A stretch of 64,000 nucleotides of DNA from NCBI GenBank assembly GCA_965178125.1, contig OZ237766.1:186001-250000 (forward strand), read 5' to 3'. This DNA is from Bilabrum cf. latius. Taxonomy: Eukaryota. The notes under the pieces are model-generated. The model did no database searches. It worked only from the letters and a program-made list of their open reading frames with translations, and had not been told where the DNA came from. Below, in pieces: positions 51,401 through 64,000 of this stretch. Both the position numbers and the translations under genes were made by a program. Each line of letters begins with the position of its first letter. Position 1 is the first letter of the stretch.

Positions 51401-54400
51401 GGCGGAATCGTCGCTTTGATTGGCATCATTGCGATCGTGGTCGGTTTGGTGGTGCCCACCATCGTTGATAACGCCTTCGAAGACATCCTTAAGGACAACA
51501 CATACCTGACTCCCGGTTCCGAGGCATTTGAAAATCGGATGGAACCCGTCAAGCGCGGCCTCGCAACCGTGCGGGCCGACCAGATCGACAGCATCGACCT
51601 GGACGACGACCAGTACGAGGACGGCGGCGTGCGCAACATCGTGTACATCAGCAACATCACGAACCCCGAGGCAGCCCTCTACGGCGGCGCACGACCGGAG
51701 CAGACCAACGTGCCGTACGCGTTCCGCAAGTACACCAGGTACGAGAACGCGACCCACTCCAACGGCGACGACAGCCTCACTTGGGACAGCCAGTCCGAGT
51801 ACGTCTACGTGGATGACCCGGCCCGGCTGGACAACGAGGTCCTGGTCGTGCCCAACGTGGGATTCGCGGGGTTCGGGGCCCTCCTACCCACACTGGTGGG
51901 CGCGGCCCGGGCGGTAGACCGGAACTAGGAGCAGGCGGTGTCTCTCCGCGGCAGCGACCCCATCCAGGTGGACGACATCGCCATCCCGCTGTTCGTCTCT
52001 CAGTTCTTGCGGGCGGGAGTGCCCTCTCTCGTGGGTCTCCTCAAAGCATCCGTCCTGCCCGTGGTGCTGCCCATGCGCCTCATGCAGCTCAGGGCACCCA
52101 ACAGCACGTCGCTCGCGGACCAGGCGGAGGCTCAGGTGGGAGGGACCGCGGCTGGCTACACGGCGGATCCAGCGGTGGCTCTCTCCCCCGCGCTGCCGGG
52201 GGGCACCCGAGTCACCGCCGGGGTCTACATGGACCTGATGAACTCTTCCTCCACGTCAGGAGTCGCCCTCATTTCCGCGGCGGGACTCCCCAAGTGGATC
52301 GCAGTGACGTCATCCTTCGCCTCTGTGGACGCGACCGACGCCGCAGCCGTGCAGGCGGCCATGAGCACCCCGGCCTACATGGGGCTGACCCAGGAGTTCG
52401 CCACTGCCTACATCGGCCTGGACGCCTCCTACTCCGACCCCCAGGTGGCCGCGGGCCACGTGCTTCAGGTCGTCCTCATGATGGGCGGGCTCATGGGACC
52501 CGACACCACGACCGCTGGCCAGGTCGTGCCTCAGGTCTTCAACGCATACCTGGGTAGCCTAGGGCAGGCCAGCGTGGAGCTTCCAGCGGCATCTGACGTG
52601 GGCATGGCAGCGGCACAGTTCGGCAGCAACACCATCACGGGAGCTCTTGCACATGCCGGGGGGCAGCTGCCAGGCACCATCACGCTTCCCATGGCAGCGG
52701 GCAGCGCCGCCACCGACGCCAACACCTGCCTGAATGGACCCGCCTCCCTCTTCGCCTCCATCAACGACCCCAACACGCTCAACAGCTTCCCCGAGTTCTC
52801 GTGTCTGGCCAACGCCCCGCCCACCATCTACAGCCAGAGGGCGCACCCCTCCAGCAACGGGCTCGTGTTCGCTGGTAGCAAGCTGCCAGGCATGACGGCC
52901 ATGGCTCTCCTAGGACAGTTTTCTTCGTCTCCTTCTCTCTTCAACGAGGCATCTGCCGTGCTTGGCAGCGCGCTCCCCGATTTCGGGGCGGGCAGCGAGG
53001 CCGTGTGGAGGTTCCGAGCTGCGTACCTGAAGCACATCGCCACCAACGCGACGATGATGACTGCGATCGACGCGCAAGTTGCCAGGCAGTCCGCCTACAT
53101 CGCCGCGCTGGCCGCCAATGGGGACGTGGCGACGACCCTGGGAGCCAAGGTGACCGGGTATGCCACCTCGCTGGCGGCAGATGCAGGGCTCCACGCAGCG
53201 TGCGGGCAGGCCATCCAAGACACGGTATCGAGCAGCATCCCAGCGATGGACTGCTTCCAGGTGCACGACGTGTTCCGCTGGCTGGAGCACAGCAGCAACG
53301 CGCTGGTGTATTTCCCCAATCTGGTGGAGACGTACTACGGCACCGAGGCCACGCCCGCCACCACGCCGGGCAGGTCGAGCGGGAACCTCGCAACGGGGCC
53401 GTACATCAGGGCCACCCCGCGCATGCTGCTGCTGGACGGCTTCCGGGACTCGATCCTGGCCTCGTTGAACGCGGGCATGGTGCCTCCGCTGGTGTCCAAC
53501 GCCACTGCAGGCACCACGGAGACGATCGGCACTGGCAACGGCGGCCGTGACACGTTCTGGCAGATCCAGTCGGTGGAGGGCCAGACGGAGCTGAGGGACT
53601 GGTCTGGGATGGGGGCTGACCCCACCCCCATTGAGGGGTCATACGACGGGCTGAGGCACCCCTACGGCGAGAATCTCGCGGATACTAAGCCAAGCGACCT
53701 GCCTCTCCGGTTCAAGATCTGGGTGTCCCAAGCATCGAGGTTCATGTGGCTGTACAAGGACGTGGTGCCGGGCACCAACGAGCCGCGGGGTGCCATCAAG
53801 GGCCCCAACGGCAAGCTGGAGAACATCCAGAGGTACGCCATCCACGTGGAGAGTGTGACGAGGGCGGCCTACGGGGACGAGGGCAGTCCCCCTTTCGAGC
53901 GGTACGAGAACGACGTTCTCTTCAACTCGCCCGAGGGCTGCATGGTCAGCGTGCGGTCCCACCCCGAGTACGTGCTGGCCCAGGCCACTGCATCCAACCC
54001 CGACAGCACCACTGAGTTCGATCTCTTCCTCACGCAGCCCAACAACCTGGCCTGCAACGAGACCATCCGGGCACTGAGCTCCAGATACGCCGAGGAGCCC
54101 ACGCAGGAGGCCCACGGCTCGTTCATCGACGTGGACCCGGTCTCGGGGCGGTCCATCGGTGCCGCGAGGAGGCTCGCGGGTGTGCTCCGACTGCGCCCCT
54201 TCGGCATGTACCCGCGCCTGGCGGATGGCACGGGCGGGGAGCAGGTGTACGTGCAGCTGCAGTGGGTGGAGGAGAGCAACGAGGCCACCTCGGGGACGGA
54301 GAAGGACCTAAAGGATGCGTACGATTCGGTGAGGAACGTCCGGCTTGGGGTAACCGTGGGGCTGCTTGTCCTCGGGGCCATTCTGCTGATCGTGGGTGTG

Positions 54401-54508
54401 ACGATCATCTTTTTCTGTGGGGGCTCGGCCTCTGGTGCTTCGCGGGCTGGCAAGGACGCACCCTCGGCTGATGTTCGCGCAGGCGGCGCGCACGCCGAGG
54501 TGGCATGA
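51401..54508 (+). CDS. CD36/LIMP-2 (scavenger receptor class B) family protein with enlarged lumenal domain; first exon unresolved
   Basis: Acceptor cgcag at 51400, N-terminal TM, YISNITNPEAALYGGARP...PYAFRKY, HGSFIDVDPVSGRSIGAARRL, QWVEES, C-terminal TM. One TAG (51926) joins the two track ORFs; TGA at 54508. Confidence 0.8.
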
Positions 54509-54921
54509 AGTTTTGGCTCGACGCGATGCCTTCCCTCTTCTCTTCGTGTAGGGCACTGGCTGACGAAATCGGGTGCCGGCAGTAGTCGGCCTAATCGATT
54601 GTCTCAGGGTGGTGTGAGGCGGGTACTGTGCCTGCATGCGCCGATGCCACACTGTAGTCGGAGTATAGGGCTTCCGCAGGTGCGGCTTCAGCGGTTGGTA
54701 TCCACGGTGTGGTTGCCGACAGTCTCGTGGTTTCACGAGGGCTCTATGTGTTTGCATTTGTTTTTTTCGCTCTCCAATACGGCAATTTCTTGATATTGCA
54801 TTGATTCATTGCTCGCATAGACGGATTTGTTTTAAAGCGCTATAGTGGCCAATCTCCGTGTCGATTGGTAATTCCTTGTTCTTTGGATCTAGCCTTCGAA
54901 TCAGCACCTTCGAACAATCCG

Positions 54922-57700
54922 GATCCCCTTGCGACCATAACTGTCCCAAGCTGAACGGCAAAATTCCCAACTTCAGTCGCAAAATTCGGAGCAATAATGT
55001 CCAACTATGGCCCTGTCCTTTTCGGTAATGAAGCAGGTTTTCAAGGAGATTTCAAAACTGTAACCAGATTTTCAGGACGACATGTTCTCTTCAAGCTATG
55101 ACCGACCAAAGATGGCGGCCTTGGCGGCCGGCATGATCGCGCCTGGTAAAAATCACAACTGTCCCAACTTCAAAGTCCTAAATATCTCGCATTTCACACT
55201 TTTTTTTCAGGTTTCCAGTATAATATCAGTATAATCATATATAAAAATATTAAGTTCGACGCTTCTTTGAAGCTGGCATGGCCCTCTTGTTGCTTGCAGC
55301 CTAGATCTTCGCGATCTTGGCCTTGAGGGCCTGATTCTGAGCTCTCATTGCGTCCAGGTTGACTCTAGCCTCCTCAAGCTGCTCAATAATCTCATCTGTG
55401 GACTGATCCTAGAGTGGGCGGTCGCGCATCTGATTTTTCCGCAGCTAAGCGGCGTCACCCCCGCCCCCCCGGGGCCCGATGGCCCCACGGTTGCCTTGCA
55501 GCCCCTTCAGCCTTGGTCGCCTTTTCTGAGATTGTTGTGCCCGAGCTGCGCTTTCAATCTTTGCTTGAAGCCCCAAACCTGCTAATCTCAGGAATGCAGC
55601 CGTGTTGGGGCGTCTCTTCGCCAGGGCATCATGGGCGCTCACCACGCGCTGGGCGCTCGCCAGTCCCCCGAGGTTGTCAGCCGTGGCAGGCCCAAGCACA
55701 GCAGACGAGGATGATGACTACGGCTCAGATGCGCCTGCTCCACTGGCAGCCGTAGTACTCTTCACGAAAGATCCTGACTCTGTCGGGATACTCTCCAGTA
55801 TTTTGGCTACGTCTGACAGCTCACTACCACTGGCCCCCTCCCGGGCCCTCTGCAGCGTGGCCCTGTGCTGCTTGACTTTGTCCATGTCAACTACAACGGA
55901 AGGGTTGAACGGGAGAAGTCCGCACTTCTTGAATCCACTAGCAGCATTCGAAGCTCGAAAGCTGTGGCTTGCACAGGTCAAGACCAGCGGTGCGATCCAC
56001 TCCTCCCCGATCGCGTCACACGACGCCTTCGCTAGTGCCGACTTCTTCGCCTCCGGGGCAGACGCCATGAATGCTTCCATGAAATGAAGCTAGCTCAGAT
56101 AGACACAGAAGTCTTTCTTAACACCACGAAGCTCTGCTTTGAAGGACGACATGCACGCGACGTCCAGGGGCTGCAGGAAGTGGGTGCTCATTGGAAGGAG
56201 GAGCTCGATGTCGATGTTGTTGGCAGCGCAGAACTTCCTGAGGCTCCGCTGGTCATGCGTCGAGTGGTTGTCCATCGTGAGCAGTACTCTAGCTGTGGGA
56301 GGGAGCCTCTCTTCCCTTCGCACTCTAGCTGCGTACTCCACGATCTTTGGAAGCAGCAGGGACAAGGACCCGACGTTGCTGTAGCCGGAGGGGGTCGCAC
56401 AGAACACGATGATGTCGAGGAGCTCGATGTCCGTCTTGGCTAGCACCAAGAAGAGTTTCTGGACAGACGAGGGGTCCACAACATTCCCAGATAGCCTTAC
56501 CTCAGCTAGAATATCCTCGAGCTCCGCCTTCAGGCCGTCGTCGTCGAGCTTGCCCGCATCGCGCTGGGCTTGCGCACGTTGCAACCGGGCTGCCACATAT
56601 TCCTGCTCGCGCTGGATCTCGCGTTTGACCTTTTGAGACTTGCCATCGTAGCGGAAAACGAGAAGGCCAGCAACAATTCCATCCTTCGCTGATACAACAG
56701 GAACGAATGATACGTTTGTATTGGAAAAATGCGTCGCGCGAAGCGCAGCACGGGGCGATTCGGCCCTGACCACCAGACCGGTCCGCCCCGTCAACCCTTG
56801 CGCCCTACCCTGGCTGGGCATGCAGTATGATCACAGTCTCATCTATGTTTAACTACAATCGTTCGTGATAAATGCACGTCCCTGACACGACGACGCCAAG
56901 CTCAGTATTGAGTACCAGGCCTCGTTTTGCTGCTCCTTCGCCAAACCAGTCCAGCAAGCACGTGTGGCTCTCCGCCACGCTACGATTGATTGTCTTCTCT
57001 TCACCTTGCAAATCCTTCAGTTTATGAGCCTTTAGAAATCTGGTTGACCACACACGCGATAGTGGCACCCCATCCTTGTGTGAACCAGCACAAAAGTCGT
57101 TGCGAAGGCCTGTTGCAGTTCGGCGCAGTCCTTCAAGCGTGAACGGCACCTTCTCATCCTCTCGCAATATGACCAGCTTCGCAAGTGCCCGTTCAACATA
57201 CTAGGGCAAATCTGTTCGCCAACACAAATCCTGTAGGGGGCACGTTAATCGTTGCTAGATTCGCTGGAATCGCTTCCGGACAGCGCTAAACGTCTTTTCT
57301 GGGTACACCTCATTTTGAATCTCTCGGTAGATTTCACTGTCATTTTGAACCTTACCGGGATTTCTCTCCCTCCACACCTAAAGCTTTTGCTTGTAAATTA
57401 TATAATCTGCTTGCTGCGCTTCATATAGTCGCATCTCAGGCTGCTCAGCTGTGCATTCTTCTACCGATTGCTCCAAGGCCGTGCGCCAAGCGAGCACACG
57501 ATTCACGTCATCCACAGACACCTGAAGGATAGCCCGAGTATCCGAGTCGTCAATTGCGTCGAGTATTGATGATTCTTTAGAACTGGAGGAGGATGCTTGC
57601 ATAACTCTAGAATTGAGACCTGTATGAGCTCAAGAAGTGGTCGCATTTGAATCTTGGGACAGTTGCAGTTGGTTGGGACAGTTATGGTCGCAAGGGGATC
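54922..57700 (-). mobile_element. pogo-type (Tc1/mariner superfamily, DD35D) DNA transposon with perfect terminal inverted repeats
   Basis: GATCCCCTTGCGACCATAACTGTCCCAA (54922-54949) is the exact reverse complement of 57673-57700. Subterminal AACTGTCCCAA copies lie near 55158 and 57654. Encloses a transposase. Confidence 0.9.
55250..57602 (-). pseudogene. DDE_1 transposase, about 9 in-frame TAG plus one apparent frameshift near 56830; ends TAA
   Basis: CENP-B-like HTH region (LSRVWSTRFLKAHKL), LNIDET (D1), LLTMDNHSTH (D2), LLPMSTHFLQPLDV (D3, 35 residues between D2 and D3), SGFKKCGLLPFNP. Confidence 0.82.
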
Positions 57701-57804
57701 TTAAACCTGCTGGCTCTAGGCCTCTACTAGATAGTAGGCCTACCCGGATTCCGGATTCCGGATCGGTTCCAAAACGATTCAGAGGCATCAATCAAACCCT
57801 TTAC

Positions 57805-58587
57805 TCAAGTTTCTTCTACTGTCCTTGGCTCTTGGAACTCATCCGACGCCCGTTTCAAGAACCCTTCAACGTCATCGGTGCATTGTCTGCCTGCTTTTTC
57901 AAGTGCTATGCAACCCTCGCAAGGGCAGACAATATTAATATCCCCAAAAAATCCGCGGAGATGGTTTGCTAGGTCAATCATGCTGCAGCAAGGGGCCCAT
58001 TTCAGTCCACCCTTCGGGGTATCCAGGCACGCCACCCCATCAGGACGCACATAAGGATTGTATGGGACCTGCTTAAAAGTACAGAATGGCATTTTGAAGG
58101 GATACTCCTTCGGTAGCAGAACTTTGACGTCTACCATGCGTCCCTTGTACGGGCTCTCGTAGGTCTTGCCCTGAATCTTGATCTCATCCTGCACGACCAG
58201 AAGATGAAAACCTGGGTCATTTAAATGGTGACCGGGTTAACCATATGAGGATGAACAATTTGTGATACTTAATGCTAGTTTTCCCTGAATGGCAGTTCTC
58301 ACTGGTAGGGACAGGTGTATCACCAGCTTGCGTAGGTTGGTGCCATCCACTTCAATGGAACACCCACTTGTGCGTTTTGAAAAAACTGGTAAGGCCCACA
58401 TACGGCTCTCCTGTGATGATAGAGAGTAATTGATGCTGAAATGCCAACAATTTGCATGCAAACACTGAAAGCAGCATTTCACGAATGCATGGACATTCTT
58501 CCACACATTCCGTAGGCGAACAGCTGTTTGCTCTTCAGCGCTCATTTTTGTGCCAACTGGTACTTTAACGGAGCTTGTGGCTGCCAT
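57805..58587 (-). CDS. Divergent ubiquitin-conjugating enzyme (E2), spliced
   Basis: SPYKGRMVDVKVLLPKEYPFKMPFCTF...YNPYVRPDGVACLD...WAP. Upstream exons in 58237-58587 have GT-AG-compatible boundaries; ends TGA. Confidence 0.8.
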
Positions 58588-59736
58588 TATCGGGCGTAGA
58601 AATGCGAAAACAGAATGTGTATTGGACCCTGGACAATCCCGGCAAGTTCTTTTTCATCATGCAGAACGTTCGTCTACTAGGCTGGATTTCGGCCAAATCT
58701 GATTTCGGCACTGGTTGCTCGAAAATCAAGATTCGTTCGTTCATTCATTCGGTAAAAATCTGGCAGACACAGTTCGTTGTAGATAGCACGCCAAGGTTGC
58801 ATATAGTTTCGGCAGGACGCGGCTACTTTCTCCGTGAAGAACGTTGGCTGCGGACCTAGAGTGCCCGCCGTGCTCTGCCATGCAGGACCCGCATTGCAGG
58901 TGTGCCGAGGTGGGTTTTACTTGAAGTAGGCATGTAGCGTCGCCCATCTTGAATGCAATACTTTCATTTTGGCACCCAAATTGTCCGGATAGGGTCTCAT
59001 TCGGTCTACTGGTGGAGTAGGCCCCAATCAGTGGGTACGTATGCTATGCCATGCGCCGCAAACAGTGCGTGGAACTTCGAGAAGTCGCTCAGCATGGTAG
59101 TGCGTGAGGGGCTTGCGCCTCTGATGCTGAGGTCGCGCGCCAGGCGCAGCGCTTGCGCGAATCGACAAGTCGTGTGGCATGATTGAGGTGAAAGGAAAAG
59201 GGGGTTGGGTGGAATAGAGGACAGGTGGACAAGGTGGACGGGGTGGATGAAGCGGGAGGCACAGACAGAGGGGTTCCGGGTTAGGATGTGGGGTAGGAGG
59301 GGCTACAGTCCCCCAATCCATATGCTTTCATCGGAAGGATCGGCAGTCGCAGGTATGTCGGACGCGGTGTTACAGCCGCAGGCGACAAGAGAGCGAGGTG
59401 GAGTACTATGATTTTCACTGATCTACTAGTGTATCCTGTCGTCTTTGGACGACGATAAGTGCTGTGTGCACTGTACAGTGCGTGATCTCAGGGCTAGGCA
59501 CCCAAGATCCCTCTATCAGCCAATCCCCCAGCCATGCTTCCCCTCCGTAGACATTCTCTTTTCTTGAGCAGCTTTCGTTCTAGTGCTTCGCCAGCATAAC
59601 GACCAGCTTCATCCGTAGCTCCGCTGCGCCGCATCCGTTCCACCACCTTGAGCTGTATCTGTGTAGGGATCCAGCAATATATCCGGATCCTCGTTGACGG
59701 AAGCAACGTTGAGTTTCCACGACTTAATCCGAATAG

Positions 59737-62700
59737 TCAGTCCCACAAGCCTGGTCGCCACATAGCAACAGCTCTGCTCGCCAGACTTGGAATTAGGACC
59801 ACCGCCAAGCAGAAAAGTCCTGATCCAACGTTTGACACTCGATGTGCGTCACTCGTGGATCGTACAGCAACTCTGATCGTTGGCTCACTCACCTCGACCC
59901 CTGCATCACCAAATTGCTCGGAAAGCAATGTTCGCAGACCAGGATGCATGGAATCGATGATAGCTTCGACTCGACGCTTCCTCTCGCTGGTCGCATCTTT
60001 GCCGTCAGGTAGTTCTCCAGATAACTGGAGCACGAGGTTTACCCTGGGTGTTTGCTGCAAGTGGCCACTAGTAGTCTCTGCTAGCCACGCAGCAGGAGCA
60101 GCAACGTCTGCCAGCATGTCGGCAAAATGCAGTATAGGTCCACAGTCGATCTCATGAAGCCGTGTATAGGTAAACTGCAGATGGACCTCGACGACGACAT
60201 TGCTCTGCTAGAGGTCAGCCGCTGCTGCGCGACAGCTCCTGCCGTGCCGATCATGATCCAAAGCAAAATCCGTTGCTGTCCAAACTGGATAGTTGTGTTC
60301 GTCGGGGCTCTGGCTTGGCTGCGATACAGTCGTCACAGACGGTACACTTCCTCGCTATGGCTATGCAGTGATAAATGATCCTTCCAAAGGGCCACTAGAG
60401 CTGGCACTCGGGCTGGGACTTTCGCTGCTACTCGGGCTTGTTGATGCGATGGGCACCTGCGGTGGGTACACTGCAATTGTGTACGCTGTAACTCCGATTG
60501 AACCGGGAGTGTGGCCGCCACTACCAGCATCTTGTATGGTCACGGCAATGGTGCGGTTGAAGCCATGCTCTGCACGAGGATCTAGCTGCAGGTCGATGCG
60601 TTGAAGCAGGCTCCCAACCGTCTAGAGAGGTCCAGCCTGGATCTACATGGCTTGACCATTCGGGAGCACCCATACCGTGCGGCCCTGCTGGTCGAGTACA
60701 TCCCCAAGCTCTCGCAGTACGAGCCTATCTACAGCCGCCTGACCATGGCTCCCAATCAGTTCTACAATTGCTGACACCTCATCATCGTCTGCATCCACTA
60801 GCACAACGCCCTCCATGATCGACACAGTGTTAGGAGAGTGACCAGCTGTACCTGCACACTCAGACTACAATGCGATGCCAAGCAGAGCCGGTGGATCGTT
60901 CATCGGTAGCACTTGCAGAGTGATTTCAAACGGCTAGAAATTCGGTGCTGTGTGCGGCTGCGGCGCAAAACTCTGGAACAGCCGGCCTGTAATGCGCCTC
61001 GACGGCAGGTGCTACTCGTCAGCATAAAATGCGATTCGGCCGAGCAGGGCTGTGGCTTCGCCCGAGCTCATGTAATCTCGGGTCTATGCAGACGTGACCC
61101 CTGAAAGATCTAGATCGGCACCTCCAGGCAGCGGCTCGCCCGCAAGGACAAGCTTGTCGCCTTGCCGCGGGTCCTGAATAGACACTATGAACCTGACAGA
61201 GTCCTACTCTTCATCTGTGACGCTGACCCCTTCGAACAATCGTGCAGGTGGCGACTCTTCAAAATAGGCCAAAGGATCCTAGTTGGCCGTGCGAAGACCA
61301 TGCACCTGCGGTGGATCATTCCTGTTTTGTACAATGGCCGAGACACTGGCTTCTCGGGACGTACCATCTGAGAATTCACCCCTGATCAGAATAGTCCGGA
61401 ATCCAGCGATTGCATCACCCAAGCAGCGCATGCCAATACCAGCAAGACCTGCCTGTGTGATGATGCCGCTAGGTCCACCTGACACGGTAGCCCACTGACC
61501 ATCCTCACTGATGCCGATACGGTCTGAGTTGGGATCACCAGACAAGTACAGCTCATCTGTTGCAGTGTCGCCGTATTGAATGCTCACAGTGCAGCGCAGC
61601 ATCGGTGAGCCTGGCAGCCGAAACCCCGCAAACAGCCGAGCGCCCGCAACGTCGTCCTCGTCGACGTGGTAGACAGAGTCACGAAAGCCGAATGAATCTG
61701 GTAGATCCACCGCGGTACGGACAGGTGTGACGCCCATGGTGGGGAAGTCGGCTAGGACCAGTGCACCATGCGTGGAGGCAGGATCGTTGGCAATCGCGTG
61801 CACTCGTCCCATGCGAGGAGTACTTGCACTCGAAATCTTGACAACGCCGTCCTGTGGAGTACCCCACGTATCGCAGTGCAGTGCATCTCCGCGCTGCTCA
61901 TCGAAGGCGGACCAGCAGATCCAGCCGCTATCAAGCACCTCCACCACGACCCGTCCAGATCGGACAAGGAAGGTGTGACTACTGTCCTTGATGCTGCCGG
62001 TGTATGGGTCAATGCTGACGACACCGCCAGTGTAGATATGAAGCCTGCCCTGCAAAACTGGATACGATGACCTTGTTACGGCCAGAACGTCGGTGGATCC
62101 TCGGCTGCTGTAGAGCTCGCGCACCTCGATCAGAGTGTCTGCCGCTTCGGGGAGGTGGGCCACTCTCGCATGAATGTTTCGCAGCTGGCTTCTTGGAGTA
62201 AACACTCGTACTGTCACCTCATCGTGATCGTTGGGTGCGAATACCACGGCCTCGCCAAGCCTGCTTGTCGAGTGACCGGCGCGAATAGGCCAGTGGTCCA
62301 GGCCAATAGCGTTCAAGCCGACTTGAAGCTCTCCTTGGTTCTGCTGACCCTGGAATAGTCCAAGAACATGTGTCTCGCGGAATGTGTCCATCCGAAGGAC
62401 GAACCCGGGAGGCAGGAATTCACTCGTCTACACCCGTTCCACGAGAGAGTCTGCTGGCGGCGTGAGCGGACGCGGGACTGCTAGCTGGTCTAGAACGTCC
62501 CAGTAGAATAGCTACCTACCAGACGGGCTCCGATAGAAACTAGTGACCACATCAAACAGCACGAAACGATCGCTGATTAGTCCAACGTACTCAGCGCGGT
62601 AGCGAAGTACAGGTGCATCGGCCGCAGCCTCCGCAATGCCGGGTATCTGGCCATGCCTGACGACACCCGTGTCGAGATCTACAGCAGCTGGTGTGAACCT

Positions 62701-64000
62701 CGTGCTCCACTTCTCAATGAACAGGAACCTGCTTCGCACCAGCACACCACCAGCGGTGTGCCCCTCTGCTGCATCCGGCTTACCGACCCAAACAGGCCGT
62801 TTCACGCCGTCAAAGTACCACGCGTCTTGATTGCAACCCTGCAGCAGGTACCCGCCGTGCTAGACAGTAGCCACATAGTTCCCTTGCATGCATCTCACAT
62901 CATCGTGGGATACGTTCCGTCGGGGCTGAGAACAGCCCCTGTCGCTGCCTGCATCGTACCCATCGCGCCCTTCAGTCGTGGACACTGGGGGCAGGCTAAG
63001 AAGATCGATGGGCCCCTCGCCTTCGCGCCCAAAGCACAAAAACGTAGGCCCAGAATTCGGCTTTCCATAGCTGTGCCAGCATGTCACCCCGACCTTGGTG
63101 ATCTCGTGCTTGCGAGCATCAATCTGCTAGAATGCGAACCGGGTGTCGATCCAATCCACCGTTGCTTGCTGTACGTCGGGGATATGAACACGGTGCGACA
63201 CCGAGGCTTCGCTGGTCATTCCGATCTCACTGTTCCAATCAATGCTAGTGACACCAAGGCCAGAAACTCTGTCCGGGGACAGAGAGCGTGATAGCACAAC
63301 TAGCGGAGGGTGGCCTGTGCTAGGGACAGCCACAGTCATCTCTGCGGCGGGCCACGAAGCGATTGCCACTGTTCCAACTGTGAGGAGCTCTGTGTTTCCA
63401 ATGCTGGTGGTGACTGGCACCATCAGCTGGGATGGAGTCGATCGGGTCATCATCAACATGCTAGGCCATCCAGTGCTAGCATCGGTTGGTTTTAGCTGCA
63501 CCACTGATTCGATGTCGCTGTCGAGTCGCCTGACATGCTGCAAAGCAGGAGGCTCAGACCCGTCCTAGACTGCGGCATACACATCATAGTACGTGGCAGA
63601 GCCCCACCGCCATGAACGAAGATATAGAGTCCTGCTGGCATCGGCCGTCCCCAGGAGAGACATCTTGGGGAATTCGTCCGGGGTCTGAGGGAGGCACTAC
63701 GCCGTTGCAGAGGCGGTATTCCAAACAAAATTGCACCGTATTGTGGGCTTATTGCGGGGTTTATCCACGTAACCCAACATTAAGCCGGTCCCGGGAGCAG
63801 GTCCGCTCGCGTGCACGTCTCTGGTGTCAGCTAAGTCGAGGGCAGCACCGTCAGTGTTTCGCAAAACGATCTTGGTTTCAGCTCCTGTGTTGAGCTCCAC
63901 GGCGATCTGCAACGTGTAGACGTTGGAGTCTACGTATGCCGCGTATGTCAACCGTGCGTCCCTGTGCGAAGCGCAGTGCAGTGCATCTCTCGACGCACTC
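59737..64000 (-). CDS. Large cell-surface protein with cadherin/Ig-like repeats, Ser/Pro stalk and C-terminal hydrophobic anchor; 5' end outside the window; about 17 in-frame TAG
   Basis: Track ORFs 63697, 63127, 62860, 62512, 61279, 60643, 60361 and 59737 share one frame joined by TAG. VQNRNDPP and VLPMNDPP linkers, VSVTDEE and VLVDADDD motifs, STSPSSSESPSPS, terminal GLFCLAVVLIPSLA; TGA at 59737. Confidence 0.72.

Noticed and set aside
54922-57700. piggyBac assignment based on the CCCTT termini
   Set aside because: The enclosed transposase has pogo/DDE_1 motifs, and TTAA does not flank both ends.
58600-59720. Small multi-exon gene between the E2 and the surface protein
   Set aside because: Splice-like signals exist, but I could not assemble a consistent, recognisable product.

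Overview
GC-rich, gene-dense eukaryotic (protist-like) nuclear DNA with short GT-AG introns. The main result is a non-standard nuclear genetic code. Nearly every 'fragmented' ORF in the track is one continuous frame broken only by TAG, while real gene ends are TGA or TAA. UAG is therefore a sense codon, most likely Gln, decoupled from UAA. Read this way, the window holds: a giant intronless DEPDC5/IML1 (about 5,361 aa); an ATG27/M6PR-like receptor; two orphan paralogues; an RNA ligase; an H2A-like/H2B-like/ubiquitin-like fusion protein; a 5'-truncated CRE-like non-LTR retrotransposon with a 10-bp TSD; an S10 serine carboxypeptidase; two tandem transmembrane TIR-domain genes; an ankyrin protein; a multi-pass hybrid histidine kinase; a CD36/LIMP-2 protein; a pogo DD35D DNA transposon with perfect TIRs; a divergent E2 enzyme; and part of a cadherin-like surface protein. 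Both transposons also use TAG as sense. A 12-mer (CACTCGTCACAC) is strongly over-represented on both strands in coding and non-coding DNA. All assignments are by-eye motif recognition and manual counts; no searches were run.
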